The notes under the pieces were generated by a model. It did no database searches. It saw only the letters and a program-made list of their open reading frames with translations, and was not told the DNA's origin. Of a stretch of DNA of 64,000 nucleotides, positions 49,880-59,208 are shown in pieces. Made by a program: the position numbers and the translations under genes. Numbering within the stretch: position 1 is the stretch's first letter; each line of letters starts with the position of its first letter. The DNA lies in assembly GCA_040218735.1 (NCBI GenBank), contig JAVJQW010000008.1, forward strand, positions 128,001 through 192,000, in the 5' to 3' direction. Source of the stretch: Deltaproteobacteria bacterium (GTDB lineage Bacteria; Myxococcota; Kuafuiibacteriia; Kuafuiibacteriales; Kuafuiibacteriaceae).

Positions 49880-51117
49880 GTGCTTCCCACTGCCGCGACC
49901 ACGCGGCTGAACATCTCGGGGTTCTCGAGCGCCGATCTGAGAACCAGCGTCGCGGCCCCGACCGCGATTCCTTGTTCATCGAGCTCGCTCCGGAGGATCT
50001 CCGCGTGTGCGATCGAGTCGGCGAGGGAGAGGCGCGACACGGTATCGCGGAGCGGTTCGAGGAGGAGATCTCCGACCCGCATCAAACCGCCGCCGAGCAC
50101 GACCATTCTCGGGTTCAGCAGATTGAGCATGTTCGCGACGCCGATACCGAGCTGCCGTCCGGCGTAGGCGATGACGGCGACGGCCGCTTGATCACCGGCG
50201 AGGGCGTCGTCGACCAGCGCGTCGATCGTCTTGGGAGGCTCGCCTTCGCCGAGCGCGCGATACTCTTGCTGCGCACGCTCGAGGAGCGCGGCGCTGCCCA
50301 CGAGCGTCGTCAGGCAGCCGCGTAGCCCGCAGGAGCAGAGCGGTCCGTTGGCGTCGATCGACGTGTGGCCGATCTCCCCCGCGGCGCCGCCGCTACCGCG
50401 GAAGATCTCACCGTTCATGATCAGCCCGGCGCCGATGCCGGTCGCGACCTTGATGTACGCGAGGTCACTCACCGTCCGGCCCGCGCCCCACCAGCGCTCC
50501 GCGAGCGCGCCGAGGTTGGCGTCGTTGTCGAGCACCACCGGCGAACCGATGCGCGCCTCGAGCTCTTCGATGAGGTCGATGCCCTCCCACTTCGGAATCA
50601 CCGAAGGCAGGAGCTTCCCGGGTTCGGCCGGGTTGAGCGGGCTCGGTACGGCGACGCCGACGCCGACGAGCGACGACGGTTGGGTGCCGTTCGCCAGGCA
50701 GACCTCCAGCACGAGGCGCTTCATCGCCGAGAGCGCCTCCTGGGGAGCGTCACGGACCGGCACGGAGACGGAGCGGTACTCCGAGACGTTGGCGCGGAGG
50801 TCGGTGAGTACGACGGAGACGTGCGTAGCGCCGAGCTCGATCCCGACGATGTTGCTCGCCGCGTCCGAGAACTCCAGGAGGATGGGGCGGCGGCCGCCGG
50901 TCGAGAGACCCGCGCGCGCCTCCCGCACCAAGCCCGTTTCGAGGAGGTCGCTGACGATCGCCGAGACGGTGGAGCGGCTGAGTCCGGTACGACGCGAGAG
51001 GTCGGCGCGGGAGATCGATCGCTCGCACCAGAGCAGGTTGAGGAGGAGGCGGCTGTGCTGGGCTCGGATCGCCGAGGCGCCCAGCACTTCGTCGGGTCTG
51101 TGCACGGTGCGGATCAT
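49876..51117 (-). CDS. ROK family transcriptional repressor (XylR/NagC-like)
   Basis: HTH SRADLSRRTGLSRSTVS, GGRRP, NDANLGALAE, GEIGH, CSCGLRGC. Confidence 0.93.
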   Translation of the reverse strand: MIRTVHRPDEVLGASAIRAQHSRLLLNLLWCERSISRADLSRRTGLSRSTVSAIVSDLLETGLVREARAGLSTGGRRPILLEFSDAASNIVGIELGATHVSVVLTDLRANVSEYRSVSVPVRDAPQEALSAMKRLVLEVCLANGTQPSSLVGVGVAVPSPLNPAEPGKLLPSVIPKWEGIDLIEELEARIGSPVVLDNDANLGALAERWWGAGRTVSDLAYIKVATGIGAGLIMNGEIFRGSGGAAGEIGHTSIDANGPLCSCGLRGCLTTLVGSAALLERAQQEYRALGEGEPPKTIDALVDDALAGDQAAVAVIAYAGRQLGIGVANMLNLLNPRMVVLGGGLMRVGDLLLEPLRDTVSRLSLADSIAHAEILRSELDEQGIAVGAATLVLRSALENPEMFSRVVAAVGST

Positions 51118-51138
51118 GATGGACGGCGCCGCCTCGTG

Positions 51139-52755
51139 CTACGGGCAGGTGTCGCAGCGACCGTAGGCCGCCTCGGTGGTCGTGGGCGCGTCGGGCACCG
51201 TGATTTGCCGGTTCGCGAAGGTCGCGCCGTCGGTGACGGGCGCGCAAGCTCCGTTGCCGGCCATGACGTCGTCGATCAGGTCCTCCTGCGAGGCGAAGTT
51301 GTCGATCATGTACTTGAACTCGAGCGGTCCGGCCGGGAGCGGGAACGTCCCAGAGTAGACGCCGTCGGTGTCCGGGTCGGTGAGCTCGAACCCACCGTCG
51401 CACCACGAGCAGAAGGGCCCGGTCACGAAGACCGTCGTGAACGTCTCCGTCGTGCAACTCATGTCGACGGAGAAGGTCACGTTGTACTCACACGAGCCGT
51501 CGTCGTTCGTCGCGTTGGGGTCGAAGTTGACGGCATCCGTGTCGGTGCAGCCATCGCCCGGGCCGCCGCCCGTGTCCGACGGGTCGTTCTTGTACTGAAT
51601 GTCGTCCACGTAGAACTCGATCGTGTTTCCGGGTGAGGTCGCAACCCATCCGAACCCACCCGCGATGTCCGCGTAGTCCGTGCCGACCAAGAGGATCTGG
51701 TACTCAGTGGGCGTCGCAGCCAGCGTGATCTCCGGAGTCTCCAACGCAAACCCATCCGGCCCCGCGTAACCCACCAGGAATTTCACGACCTCGCCGCCCT
51801 GTGCGCCCCACGCCCAGAAGTTGATGCGCGTCGCACCCTGCGGGACCGGGAAGCCGTCCGCCTCGCCCCAGTTGCCGTCGGGGTACTGCCAGAACACGCC
51901 GCCCCATCCGTTCGGGCCGCCCGCGGTGTACGTGAACGCGTGGCAGAGCCCGGCCTGATCCCCGGCGCGCGTGGGGCAGACTTCAACCGCCGTGATTCCG
52001 CCCGACTCACCATCACCCATGAACCCACTCGGCGCGTAGACATCGTCGACGACGAGCGGGAGCTCCGTACTCACCGCGGGGCACCGTCCGAACGTAAAGG
52101 GTTCGAAGACCGTGTCGGCGGCGGGCATGGTGAGCTCGCGCGCGAGCCCCCCCGACGCGGTGACGCCGCACGCGGCGTCGATGGGTTCTTCGCGGATGGG
52201 ATCGCTGCCGATCACGAACCGCAAGTTGTGTTGCTGCGCCGTGATGACGATCGTTCCGCGGTACACGTTGTCCTGATCACCGTCGGTGAGTACGGCGCAG
52301 GTCCCGCACCAGTTGTTGAAACTCCCGTGCACGTACACGCCGTCGGCGCGGTCGAAGTCCTGAACCCCGGACATGTCCACGCGAAGCGTCGCGATGTAGC
52401 GGCAGGAGCCGTCGTCGTCCGTCGCGGTGTCACTGAAGTTCACGGCCGCGGCGTCCGTGCAGCCGTCGTAGCGACAGGAGCCGTCGTCCGTCGTCGCGGT
52501 CGGGTTGTAGTTGTTCGCTCCGGCGTCCGTGCAGCCGACGCCCGAGTACGTACACGACCCGTCGTCGATCGACGCCCGAGGCAGGAAGTTCTCGGCGAAG
52601 CGATCGGTGCAGCCGACCACCGGCTCCGTGGTGGGCACGCACTGGTTCCCCTGGCGCTCCGTCCCCTCGGGGCAGGGGTTTTCGGGCTCGAACGTGCTCG
52701 AACACCCTACGGCGAGGGCGAAGAGGGCGATCGGGGCTCGGTGAAGGGTACGCAT
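51139..52755 (-). CDS. Multi-domain lipoprotein with GCTD...DDGSC repeats and CBM-like modules
   Basis: Lipobox AVGC; four GCTDxxAxN(F/Y)xxxAxxDDGSC units; two VDMS...G.F..WC modules; central GWGGVFWQYPDGNWG domain. Confidence 0.7.
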   Translation of the reverse strand: MRTLHRAPIALFALAVGCSSTFEPENPCPEGTERQGNQCVPTTEPVVGCTDRFAENFLPRASIDDGSCTYSGVGCTDAGANNYNPTATTDDGSCRYDGCTDAAAVNFSDTATDDDGSCRYIATLRVDMSGVQDFDRADGVYVHGSFNNWCGTCAVLTDGDQDNVYRGTIVITAQQHNLRFVIGSDPIREEPIDAACGVTASGGLARELTMPAADTVFEPFTFGRCPAVSTELPLVVDDVYAPSGFMGDGESGGITAVEVCPTRAGDQAGLCHAFTYTAGGPNGWGGVFWQYPDGNWGEADGFPVPQGATRINFWAWGAQGGEVVKFLVGYAGPDGFALETPEITLAATPTEYQILLVGTDYADIAGGFGWVATSPGNTIEFYVDDIQYKNDPSDTGGGPGDGCTDTDAVNFDPNATNDDGSCEYNVTFSVDMSCTTETFTTVFVTGPFCSWCDGGFELTDPDTDGVYSGTFPLPAGPLEFKYMIDNFASQEDLIDDVMAGNGACAPVTDGATFANRQITVPDAPTTTEAAYGRCDTCP

Positions 52756-52761
52756 GGGGAC

Positions 52762-52786
52762 TTATTTCGTTCGCCGAACAAACTAA
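52762..52786. promoter_or_regulatory. Second ROK/XylR-type operator (minus strand TTAGTTTGTT-CGGCG-AACGAAATAA)
   Basis: Same half-sites as 39979-40003; flanked by GGAC/GTCC extending the palindrome (52758-52790). Confidence 0.75.
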
Positions 52787-52809
52787 GTCCCTCTCCGGGG
52801 CAGTGTCAA
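52780..52809 (-). promoter_or_regulatory. Sigma70-type promoter TTGACA-18bp-TAGTTT
   Basis: tgtcaa at 52804-52809 (TTGACA on the minus strand); aaacta at 52780-52785 (TAGTTT). Confidence 0.7.
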
Positions 52810-55800
52810 GTCGAGCCGAGGAGGCGGTCCGCCGGGATGTCGACCTCGATGCGGTCGACGCGGCCGGTCCGCTCGAAGAGCGCGGCGGAGGTCTCGGCGT
52901 CGAGGATCCCGCCCTTGGCCACGTCCACGTCGCCCCCACCGTACACACGCGCGACGAGGGTGTCGCCGGACGCGACGCGCACGTAGACGACCGGGACCTG
53001 GCAGACTGTGAAGCCGAGCGCGCCGGCCGGCAGCGTCATGCGGTCGGGGGCGCCGCCGACGCGGAAGAAGGACCACGACGCCGGCGCCGCGAGGAGCTCC
53101 TCGGCGCGAAGCAGCGTCGGGTCGAACCGCAGACGGCCGCCCTCGACCGAAATCCCGAGCTCGCCGCGACGTGTGAGGACCTCTTCCTTCACCTGCCCGG
53201 TCATGCCGGGTTGCTGCGCGCTGGCGTGACCGGGGGTGTGGGAGTACGGGTCGGTGGGGAACGCGCCGTAGACCTCGGGGGACTTCGTGAACCCGAGGCC
53301 GTCGCGCACGCGGTAGTACGCGTCGGCGAGGCGCGCCGTGACGCCTGCGTCCTCGCCGCTCTCGACGGCGGCGAAGAAGCGCTCCTGCACCGCCAGCAAG
53401 AGCTTCGACACCATGTGCCAGTAGATCGATCCGATCCCCTCGTAGCCGTACATCGTGCCCGACCGCCCCGTGAACGCGCGGTGCCCGAACACGTCTTCGT
53501 AGAGCGCGCAGGTCTCGTCGCCGTGGGCCTCGACGAGCGCACGCCACACATCGTCGAGCTCCGCGAGCGCCTCCCGCAAACTGCCGACGTTCTCCAGCGC
53601 GGGCGCGAAACGATGCTGCCCGCGCGCGTCGACCGCGACGATCGACGTCTCGTCGGCCTCCACGAGCGCCGACAGCAGTGGGTTCGCCGCGACGTCCGCC
53701 GCGTCGACGACGTTTTTGTCGAGGAACCCGGGGAGCGCGCGGGCCGGGTAGAGCATGAAGCTGTTCTGATCCGCGCGGTACATCGCGCTGTCGAACAGCG
53801 CGTCGATGAGCGCGAGCGCCTCCTTCGCGTCGAGGCGGCCCGAGCTCAGCACCGCGACTTGCCCCTCCAACATCTCGTAGAGGTGCTCGACCCCCGCGCC
53901 CTCGTCGTCCGCGTGCAGCACGTTGTACGCGTGGTAGAGGCCGTCGGGCCGGAGGCTCGCCGCGATCGCGTGGTCGGCGTAGCGCAGCGCCACGCGGCAC
54001 AGCGCAACCAAGTCGTCTCGGCGCCGACGCTCGCGTCCGGTGAGGCCGTGTTCGTAGAGCGACGCGCGGTAGTCGGCGTAGGGAGCGCCGAGGGCGTCGA
54101 GCACTTCGCGGCGCGCGGCGTCCGACACTGCGGGGGCGTCCAGGAGACCGGCGTGTTCTTCGAGCGCCGCGCGGATCGCGTCGAACCAAACCGCGACCTC
54201 CGTCGACAGCTCGACCGCCTCCGGCGCGGACGCCGCGAGCCAGTCCTCGAAGAACGCGAGGTAACGCCGCAGGTAGTCGAGCGTCACCATCGACAGCCCG
54301 TAGCCGGCGAGCGCGTTGTTCGCGTCGTTCCACTCCGGTCGCTGCGTGTTCATCCAGATGCCGCCGTCCACGACGAGGTTCGACAGCTTCGCGAGCGCCG
54401 GTACCAACAGCTTCTCGACCAGGTTCACGTGCCGAATCGACCCGTCCGCGTCGCGCAGGAGCTTGCCGTCCGTCCCGCCCGCCTCCACCCGCGCAGCGAT
54501 CGCGGCGTCGTGTGCCTCGTCCAGCTCGATGCTCGAACGCGGGTTCGCGAGCAACGCCTCGTAGGGGCGGATGCGGTACGGAACGTCGGCGTAGGAGAAG
54601 ATCGCTTCGGTCGCCCATGCCGTGAGCCGCTCCGGGTGGTGCGCGCGCGACAGCTCTAGCAGACGGAGCAGGTACACGATCTGGTGGTCGCCCCAGTACC
54701 CGATGTTGCTCCACGGAGCGTCGGGCTCGGGCACCTCCCACTCGATCCCTTCGCGCGTGACGCGGTACGGGTTGTAGCCGTCCGCGGTCGACGCGTTGAG
54801 GAACTTCGCGACGATGCCCTCCACGAACGCCGGGAACGCGGTGCACAGCGCCTCCCAGTTCTGGAAGATGTCGCGCCAGTTCCCCTGGTACTCGAGGCGC
54901 TGGTTGCCCGCTTCGTCCACGAGGTGGATCGCGAAGCGATTCCAGGGGCGGCTCGGATCACCGTGTCGGCGGCTGAAGGTGATCGGGAGGTACTCGAGCC
55001 CGAGGCGGTGCAGGTTCGGATCTTCGGTCGTCGAGAAGCGTTCGTGGAGCGCGTCGATCGACAAACGCTCCGGGAGCGCTTCGAGCAGCGCCCGGTGTGT
55101 CTCGAACGCGGCGCGGTTTCGCGTGCGCACGAAGTCGGCGACGTCGGCGCCCGGGACGTCGTCGTCGAACGCAAACACGCCGCCGCGCATGTTGTTGAAG
55201 AGGACGTTCGCGAAGTGGTGCGCGTTCGCGGTCGGGTCGGCGGTGTGCTGCAGCCCGTCGGCGCTCGCGACGTTTTGTATCAAGCGATCCGTTCCGGCGG
55301 AGATCTCCTCGGCGAGTATCGTGTCCCAGTCGCGCTCGGCCTCGAGCTCGGCGCGGAGCGCTTCGACCTTCGACTGACTCTGCGCGACGTCGGCGACGAG
55401 ATGCCAACGCACAGGCTCCCCGGGCGACAGCGTCAGGTGTTTGTCCAGGACGTACGCGCCGCGCCGCCCGGTGAGGACCGCCGGTCCGTTCGGTGACTCG
55501 CGGGTGCGAACATCGGCGCCGTCCAACCCGTGGCTCCAGACCACCGTCGCCCGCAACGACTCCGCGGGCTCGGCGCGGTCGGAGAGCTTGGCCTCCAGTG
55601 TGAACAGTCCAAGGCGACCGTCGATCTCGCTGCGACGGTACGCGTTCACGAGGTTGCTCATCTGCTGTTGCGCGGCGAGGTCCACGCCGTGAGGCATCAC
55701 GTTGCGTAGGCCATCGACGATGTGCACGTCGGTCGTTCGTTCCGCGACGAGCGTCGCGCTGCGAACCCATCCGTAGCGCGACGACGAGGACCACGCGTAA

Positions 55801-56153
55801 CGGAAAGTCAGGCCGAGCTCGGCGTGGTGCTCCTCGAACACGATTCGATTCCCCGGGATGTTCTTGTGGAGGGCGGCGCGCCGTTCCCCCGTGAACGGCC
55901 GCCACGTCACATCGCCGACGCGCAGCTGGGTGAACGGTCCCGTGTGCGGCGCCGACAGGTGAAGGCGATCGTCGGTCTCGTACGGGAAGAGGCAGCGCGA
56001 CGCATCGACGCGCCCGGCCGTCAGCCCGCCGCGGCTCGACACGAACATCCAGTGGTCGGCGTCGCTGACGACGCTCATCAAGAACGGGGGGAGCTGGTCG
56101 ACTTGGTCGATGCGGAGCATCGCCTCACCGTCGACGTCGACGAGGGGGAGCAC
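52806..56153 (-). CDS. GH149 beta-1,3-glucan (laminarin) phosphorylase
   Basis: PFLMSVVSDADHWMFVSSRGGLTAGR, RRHGDPSRPWN, GNWRDIFQNWEAL, RPEWNDANNAL, YEGIGSIYWHMVSK, FPTDPYSHTP, QPGMTGQVKE; about 1115 aa. Start is GTG 56153 or ATG 56120. Confidence 0.85.
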   Translation of the reverse strand: MLPLVDVDGEAMLRIDQVDQLPPFLMSVVSDADHWMFVSSRGGLTAGRVDASRCLFPYETDDRLHLSAPHTGPFTQLRVGDVTWRPFTGERRAALHKNIPGNRIVFEEHHAELGLTFRYAWSSSSRYGWVRSATLVAERTTDVHIVDGLRNVMPHGVDLAAQQQMSNLVNAYRRSEIDGRLGLFTLEAKLSDRAEPAESLRATVVWSHGLDGADVRTRESPNGPAVLTGRRGAYVLDKHLTLSPGEPVRWHLVADVAQSQSKVEALRAELEAERDWDTILAEEISAGTDRLIQNVASADGLQHTADPTANAHHFANVLFNNMRGGVFAFDDDVPGADVADFVRTRNRAAFETHRALLEALPERLSIDALHERFSTTEDPNLHRLGLEYLPITFSRRHGDPSRPWNRFAIHLVDEAGNQRLEYQGNWRDIFQNWEALCTAFPAFVEGIVAKFLNASTADGYNPYRVTREGIEWEVPEPDAPWSNIGYWGDHQIVYLLRLLELSRAHHPERLTAWATEAIFSYADVPYRIRPYEALLANPRSSIELDEAHDAAIAARVEAGGTDGKLLRDADGSIRHVNLVEKLLVPALAKLSNLVVDGGIWMNTQRPEWNDANNALAGYGLSMVTLDYLRRYLAFFEDWLAASAPEAVELSTEVAVWFDAIRAALEEHAGLLDAPAVSDAARREVLDALGAPYADYRASLYEHGLTGRERRRRDDLVALCRVALRYADHAIAASLRPDGLYHAYNVLHADDEGAGVEHLYEMLEGQVAVLSSGRLDAKEALALIDALFDSAMYRADQNSFMLYPARALPGFLDKNVVDAADVAANPLLSALVEADETSIVAVDARGQHRFAPALENVGSLREALAELDDVWRALVEAHGDETCALYEDVFGHRAFTGRSGTMYGYEGIGSIYWHMVSKLLLAVQERFFAAVESGEDAGVTARLADAYYRVRDGLGFTKSPEVYGAFPTDPYSHTPGHASAQQPGMTGQVKEEVLTRRGELGISVEGGRLRFDPTLLRAEELLAAPASWSFFRVGGAPDRMTLPAGALGFTVCQVPVVYVRVASGDTLVARVYGGGDVDVAKGGILDAETSAALFERTGRVDRIEVDIPADRLLGST

Positions 56154-56241
56154 GGGCCGTGAACCTGGCAGACGCCGGACGTCGCCGTCTAGGGGGTGAC
56201 TAGGGGTGGCGTCGCGCGACGTCGGGAGGCAGGCTCGGTGC

Positions 56242-57267
56242 GTGCGTCGGTCTCCCTTACTGTTCTTGCTCGCGGCGGCGTGTGCGTCGGCGCAGAAGCC
56301 GGCGCCGACACCGAACACAACGACACCGATCACACAGGCGCCGAACGCGCTGCTCGCCGACACCTCGCGGGCGATCGCCTATTCGGGCTACCGCGAAGGG
56401 CAACACCCGGATCGCGGAGACGGCGAGGTTGCGCCGAGCGACGATCAGCTCCTCGAAGACCTGAAGATCCTCGTCGCCGCCGACTTCACGCTGATTCGCC
56501 TCTATGACTCCGGTGCGTTGTCGACGCGGGTACTGAAGCTCATCGCCGCGCATGACCTCCCGATCCGCGTGATGCTCGGAGCTTGGTTGCAAGCCGAGTT
56601 GTCCAACCACGAAGGGTGCGCGTGGTTGACCGAGCCGATCCCCGAAGCCGAGCTCGCCGCGAACACAAAGGCGAACGGCGAGGAGGTCCAGCGCGTGATT
56701 GCGCTGGCGAATCAGTATCCGAGGATCGTCGTCGCGGTGAACGTCGGCAACGAGGCGCTCGTCACCTGGAACGATCACCTCGTCGCGCTCGACGCGATGC
56801 TCGCGTACATGAAGACGGTGAAGGCGGCGATCGCGCAGCCGGTCACGACCGCCGACAACTACGTCGTGTGGCGCGAGCAGGGCGCGGCGCTCATGACGGT
56901 CGCGGACTTCGCGGCGATCCACACCTACCCGGCGTGGGAGAACAAAACGATCGACGAGGCGATGGCGTACACGATCGAGAACCTCCAGGGCGTGCGCGAC
57001 GCGATCCCCGCGGCGCAGCTCGTGATCGCCGAGGCGGGGTGGGCGACGACCGCCGTGGAGTTTCCCACGGCGAACGAAGCGAACCAGACGCGCTACTTTC
57101 GCGAGCTCATGGCGTGGGCAAAGACGTCGAACGTCACCACGTTCTTTTTCGAAGCCTTCGACGAACCCTGGAAGGGCCACCTCGCGAACCCCGACGGCGC
57201 CGAGAAACACTGGGGGCTGTGGTTCGTGGACCGAACGCCGAAGGCGGCGCTGAAGTCTCTTCAGTAG
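56242..57267 (+). CDS. GH17 beta-1,3-glucanase/glucosidase lipoprotein
   Basis: AYSGYREGQHP, IRLYD, VGNEA, IHTYPAWE, IAEAGWAT, FEAFDEPWKG, EKHWGL; lipobox AAAC. Confidence 0.88.
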   Translation: MRRSPLLFLLAAACASAQKPAPTPNTTTPITQAPNALLADTSRAIAYSGYREGQHPDRGDGEVAPSDDQLLEDLKILVAADFTLIRLYDSGALSTRVLKLIAAHDLPIRVMLGAWLQAELSNHEGCAWLTEPIPEAELAANTKANGEEVQRVIALANQYPRIVVAVNVGNEALVTWNDHLVALDAMLAYMKTVKAAIAQPVTTADNYVVWREQGAALMTVADFAAIHTYPAWENKTIDEAMAYTIENLQGVRDAIPAAQLVIAEAGWATTAVEFPTANEANQTRYFRELMAWAKTSNVTTFFFEAFDEPWKGHLANPDGAEKHWGLWFVDRTPKAALKSLQ

Positions 57268-58328
57268 ATCCCGGGGATGATCCGCCGCGGGACGCGCTCC
57301 TTGTAGCGATCCCACAGCGCCCCGTACTTCGCCGCGCAGCGTTTGTCGTCGTCGCGTTCGCGCGTGCCGAGCAACAGCACGTAGTACAGCGGGTAGAGCC
57401 ACGGCCACGGCACCGCCGGGTGGCCAAGCGCGAGGGTGATGCCGGTCGCCATGAGCACCTCGCCGAGGTAGTTCACGTGGCGCGACACCCCCCAAAAGCC
57501 GCTGCAGAGGAGCGACCGCTCGCCGTCCGAGACGGTCTCGGGGGTGATGACGCCGAGGAACTTCTGCTCCGGGTCACGTTTGAAGACGTACTTCTGCATG
57601 TTCGCGCCGCGCGCGAGGGACCAGCCGGTGAAGAAGACGGCGGCGTAGAGGACGAGCTCGAGGGTGGAGAGCTGGGGCCCGTTGAGGTGCGCGGTGGTGC
57701 CGAGCCCCACCGCGTAGAAGTACGGGTAGAACGCCATGCAGCCCCACCCGAGCTTGAAGCCCACGCGCTCCGCGAACAGGTCGTAGGTGTAGAGGTGGAC
57801 GTGTTCGAAGAACAGGTAGTCGAACACGAACCACGACAGGAGCGCAGCGCTGAGGAGGAGCCCGCGGCTCGGATCATCGTGGGTGATCACGTGGTGCGCG
57901 GTGAACGACAGGACGTTGAGCTCGAGCAGCACCGCGCCGACGAGGTAGAGGTACATCTTCGCGTCGACGCGGCGGCCCAGCCACTGCGGGTTCTCGGCGC
58001 GCCCGAGGAAGAGATCCGCGAGCAGCCCTTTGCCGGTGGGCGGCTCCTTCAGCACGACCACGAGCGTGAAGATCAGGCCGAGCGTCGCGGCGCCCGCGGC
58101 GCCGACGTAGCGGTGGAGCCACAGCGCGTCCCACGTCGTCCACCCCGCGCGGCACACGCCGCTCCACACGACGATCGTCACGACCAGGACGAGGAGCCCG
58201 TTGAGTCGGTAGCGCAGCGGCCGACCGTCCTCCTTCACGTAGCCTTCGACGCGGCGCGCGGGGAGCACTACGTGGAGGACGAGCACCAACGCGTAGACGA
58301 TCCACGGCGCGAAGAACCACACCATCAC
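57261..58328 (-). CDS. ERG4/ERG24 family sterol reductase (delta14-sterol reductase / DHCR7-like)
   Basis: ERVGFKLGWG, ANMQK, LLCSGFWGVSRHVNYLGE, RERDDDKRCAAKYG...RIIPGIY. Confidence 0.85.
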   Translation of the reverse strand: MMVWFFAPWIVYALVLVLHVVLPARRVEGYVKEDGRPLRYRLNGLLVLVVTIVVWSGVCRAGWTTWDALWLHRYVGAAGAATLGLIFTLVVVLKEPPTGKGLLADLFLGRAENPQWLGRRVDAKMYLYLVGAVLLELNVLSFTAHHVITHDDPSRGLLLSAALLSWFVFDYLFFEHVHLYTYDLFAERVGFKLGWGCMAFYPYFYAVGLGTTAHLNGPQLSTLELVLYAAVFFTGWSLARGANMQKYVFKRDPEQKFLGVITPETVSDGERSLLCSGFWGVSRHVNYLGEVLMATGITLALGHPAVPWPWLYPLYYVLLLGTRERDDDKRCAAKYGALWDRYKERVPRRIIPGIY

Positions 58329-59092
58329 GACAACTCCTTGGTGGAGGCCGCCATCACCGCGACGGCCGTGCGCTTCGGGAGGAGGCGGCCCATGAAGAAG
58401 CTCGCGAGGCCGTTCACGAACCCGGGCGTCGTGCGCGGTCCGCGGCCCAGCGCGTCGAGCGTGGCCTCGGCGATGGCTTCGGCGTCGAGGGTTCCGGGCG
58501 CTTCCTTCTTCGATGCGCTTGCGTAGCCGGGCGTTCGGATCGCGCCGGCGCAAGACGCGACGACGTCCACGCCGTGCGGTTTAAGCTCGGACCACAGGCC
58601 CTCCGCGAGCACGGTGTTGAACGCCTTCGTCGCGGCGTAGGTGGCGATGCGCGGGGCGCCTTGCTGGCCTGCGAGGGAGGACATGAGGGCGACGCCGCCG
58701 CGGCCGCGTTCGATCATCGCGGGCGTGAGCGCGCGGACGAGCGCGACGGGGGCGCGGACGTTGACGTCGACGGCGCGGACGAGGTCATCGGTGGTGCGCT
58801 CGACGAACGCGCCGATCGGGGCGTAGGCGGCGTTGTAGACGAGGAGGCCGATCTGCAGGTCTTCGGTTCCGTCGACGACGGCGGCGACGTCGGTCGCGAG
58901 ATCGGCGGTGACACATCGGGTCTGGACGTCCTCGATGCGCCCGGCGATCGCCTCCAGGAGCGCGCCGCGCCGCGCAACGAGCACGACGTTGACACCCCGC
59001 TTCGCGATCGCCTCGGCGAACGCGGCGCCGAGGCCCTCGGAGGCCCCGGCGACGATCGCCCACGGGCCGTATCGATCTGCGAACGCCACCAT
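58325..59092 (-). CDS. SDR family oxidoreductase (17beta-HSD/ketoreductase-like)
   Basis: YGPWAIVAGASEGLG, VYNAA, YAATK; GTGA-coupled to the sterol reductase. Confidence 0.88.
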   Translation of the reverse strand: MVAFADRYGPWAIVAGASEGLGAAFAEAIAKRGVNVVLVARRGALLEAIAGRIEDVQTRCVTADLATDVAAVVDGTEDLQIGLLVYNAAYAPIGAFVERTTDDLVRAVDVNVRAPVALVRALTPAMIERGRGGVALMSSLAGQQGAPRIATYAATKAFNTVLAEGLWSELKPHGVDVVASCAGAIRTPGYASASKKEAPGTLDAEAIAEATLDALGRGPRTTPGFVNGLASFFMGRLLPKRTAVAVMAASTKELS

Positions 59093-59208
59093 GGCGCGGA
59101 CGGTACACGACACGTCGGCGAACCGGGATCGCCGATCGATAACGCACGCCACGTTCAACATTCGGTCGAGCTGACGTCGGGATCGCCGCGTGCTTTCATG
59201 AAGGGGCC

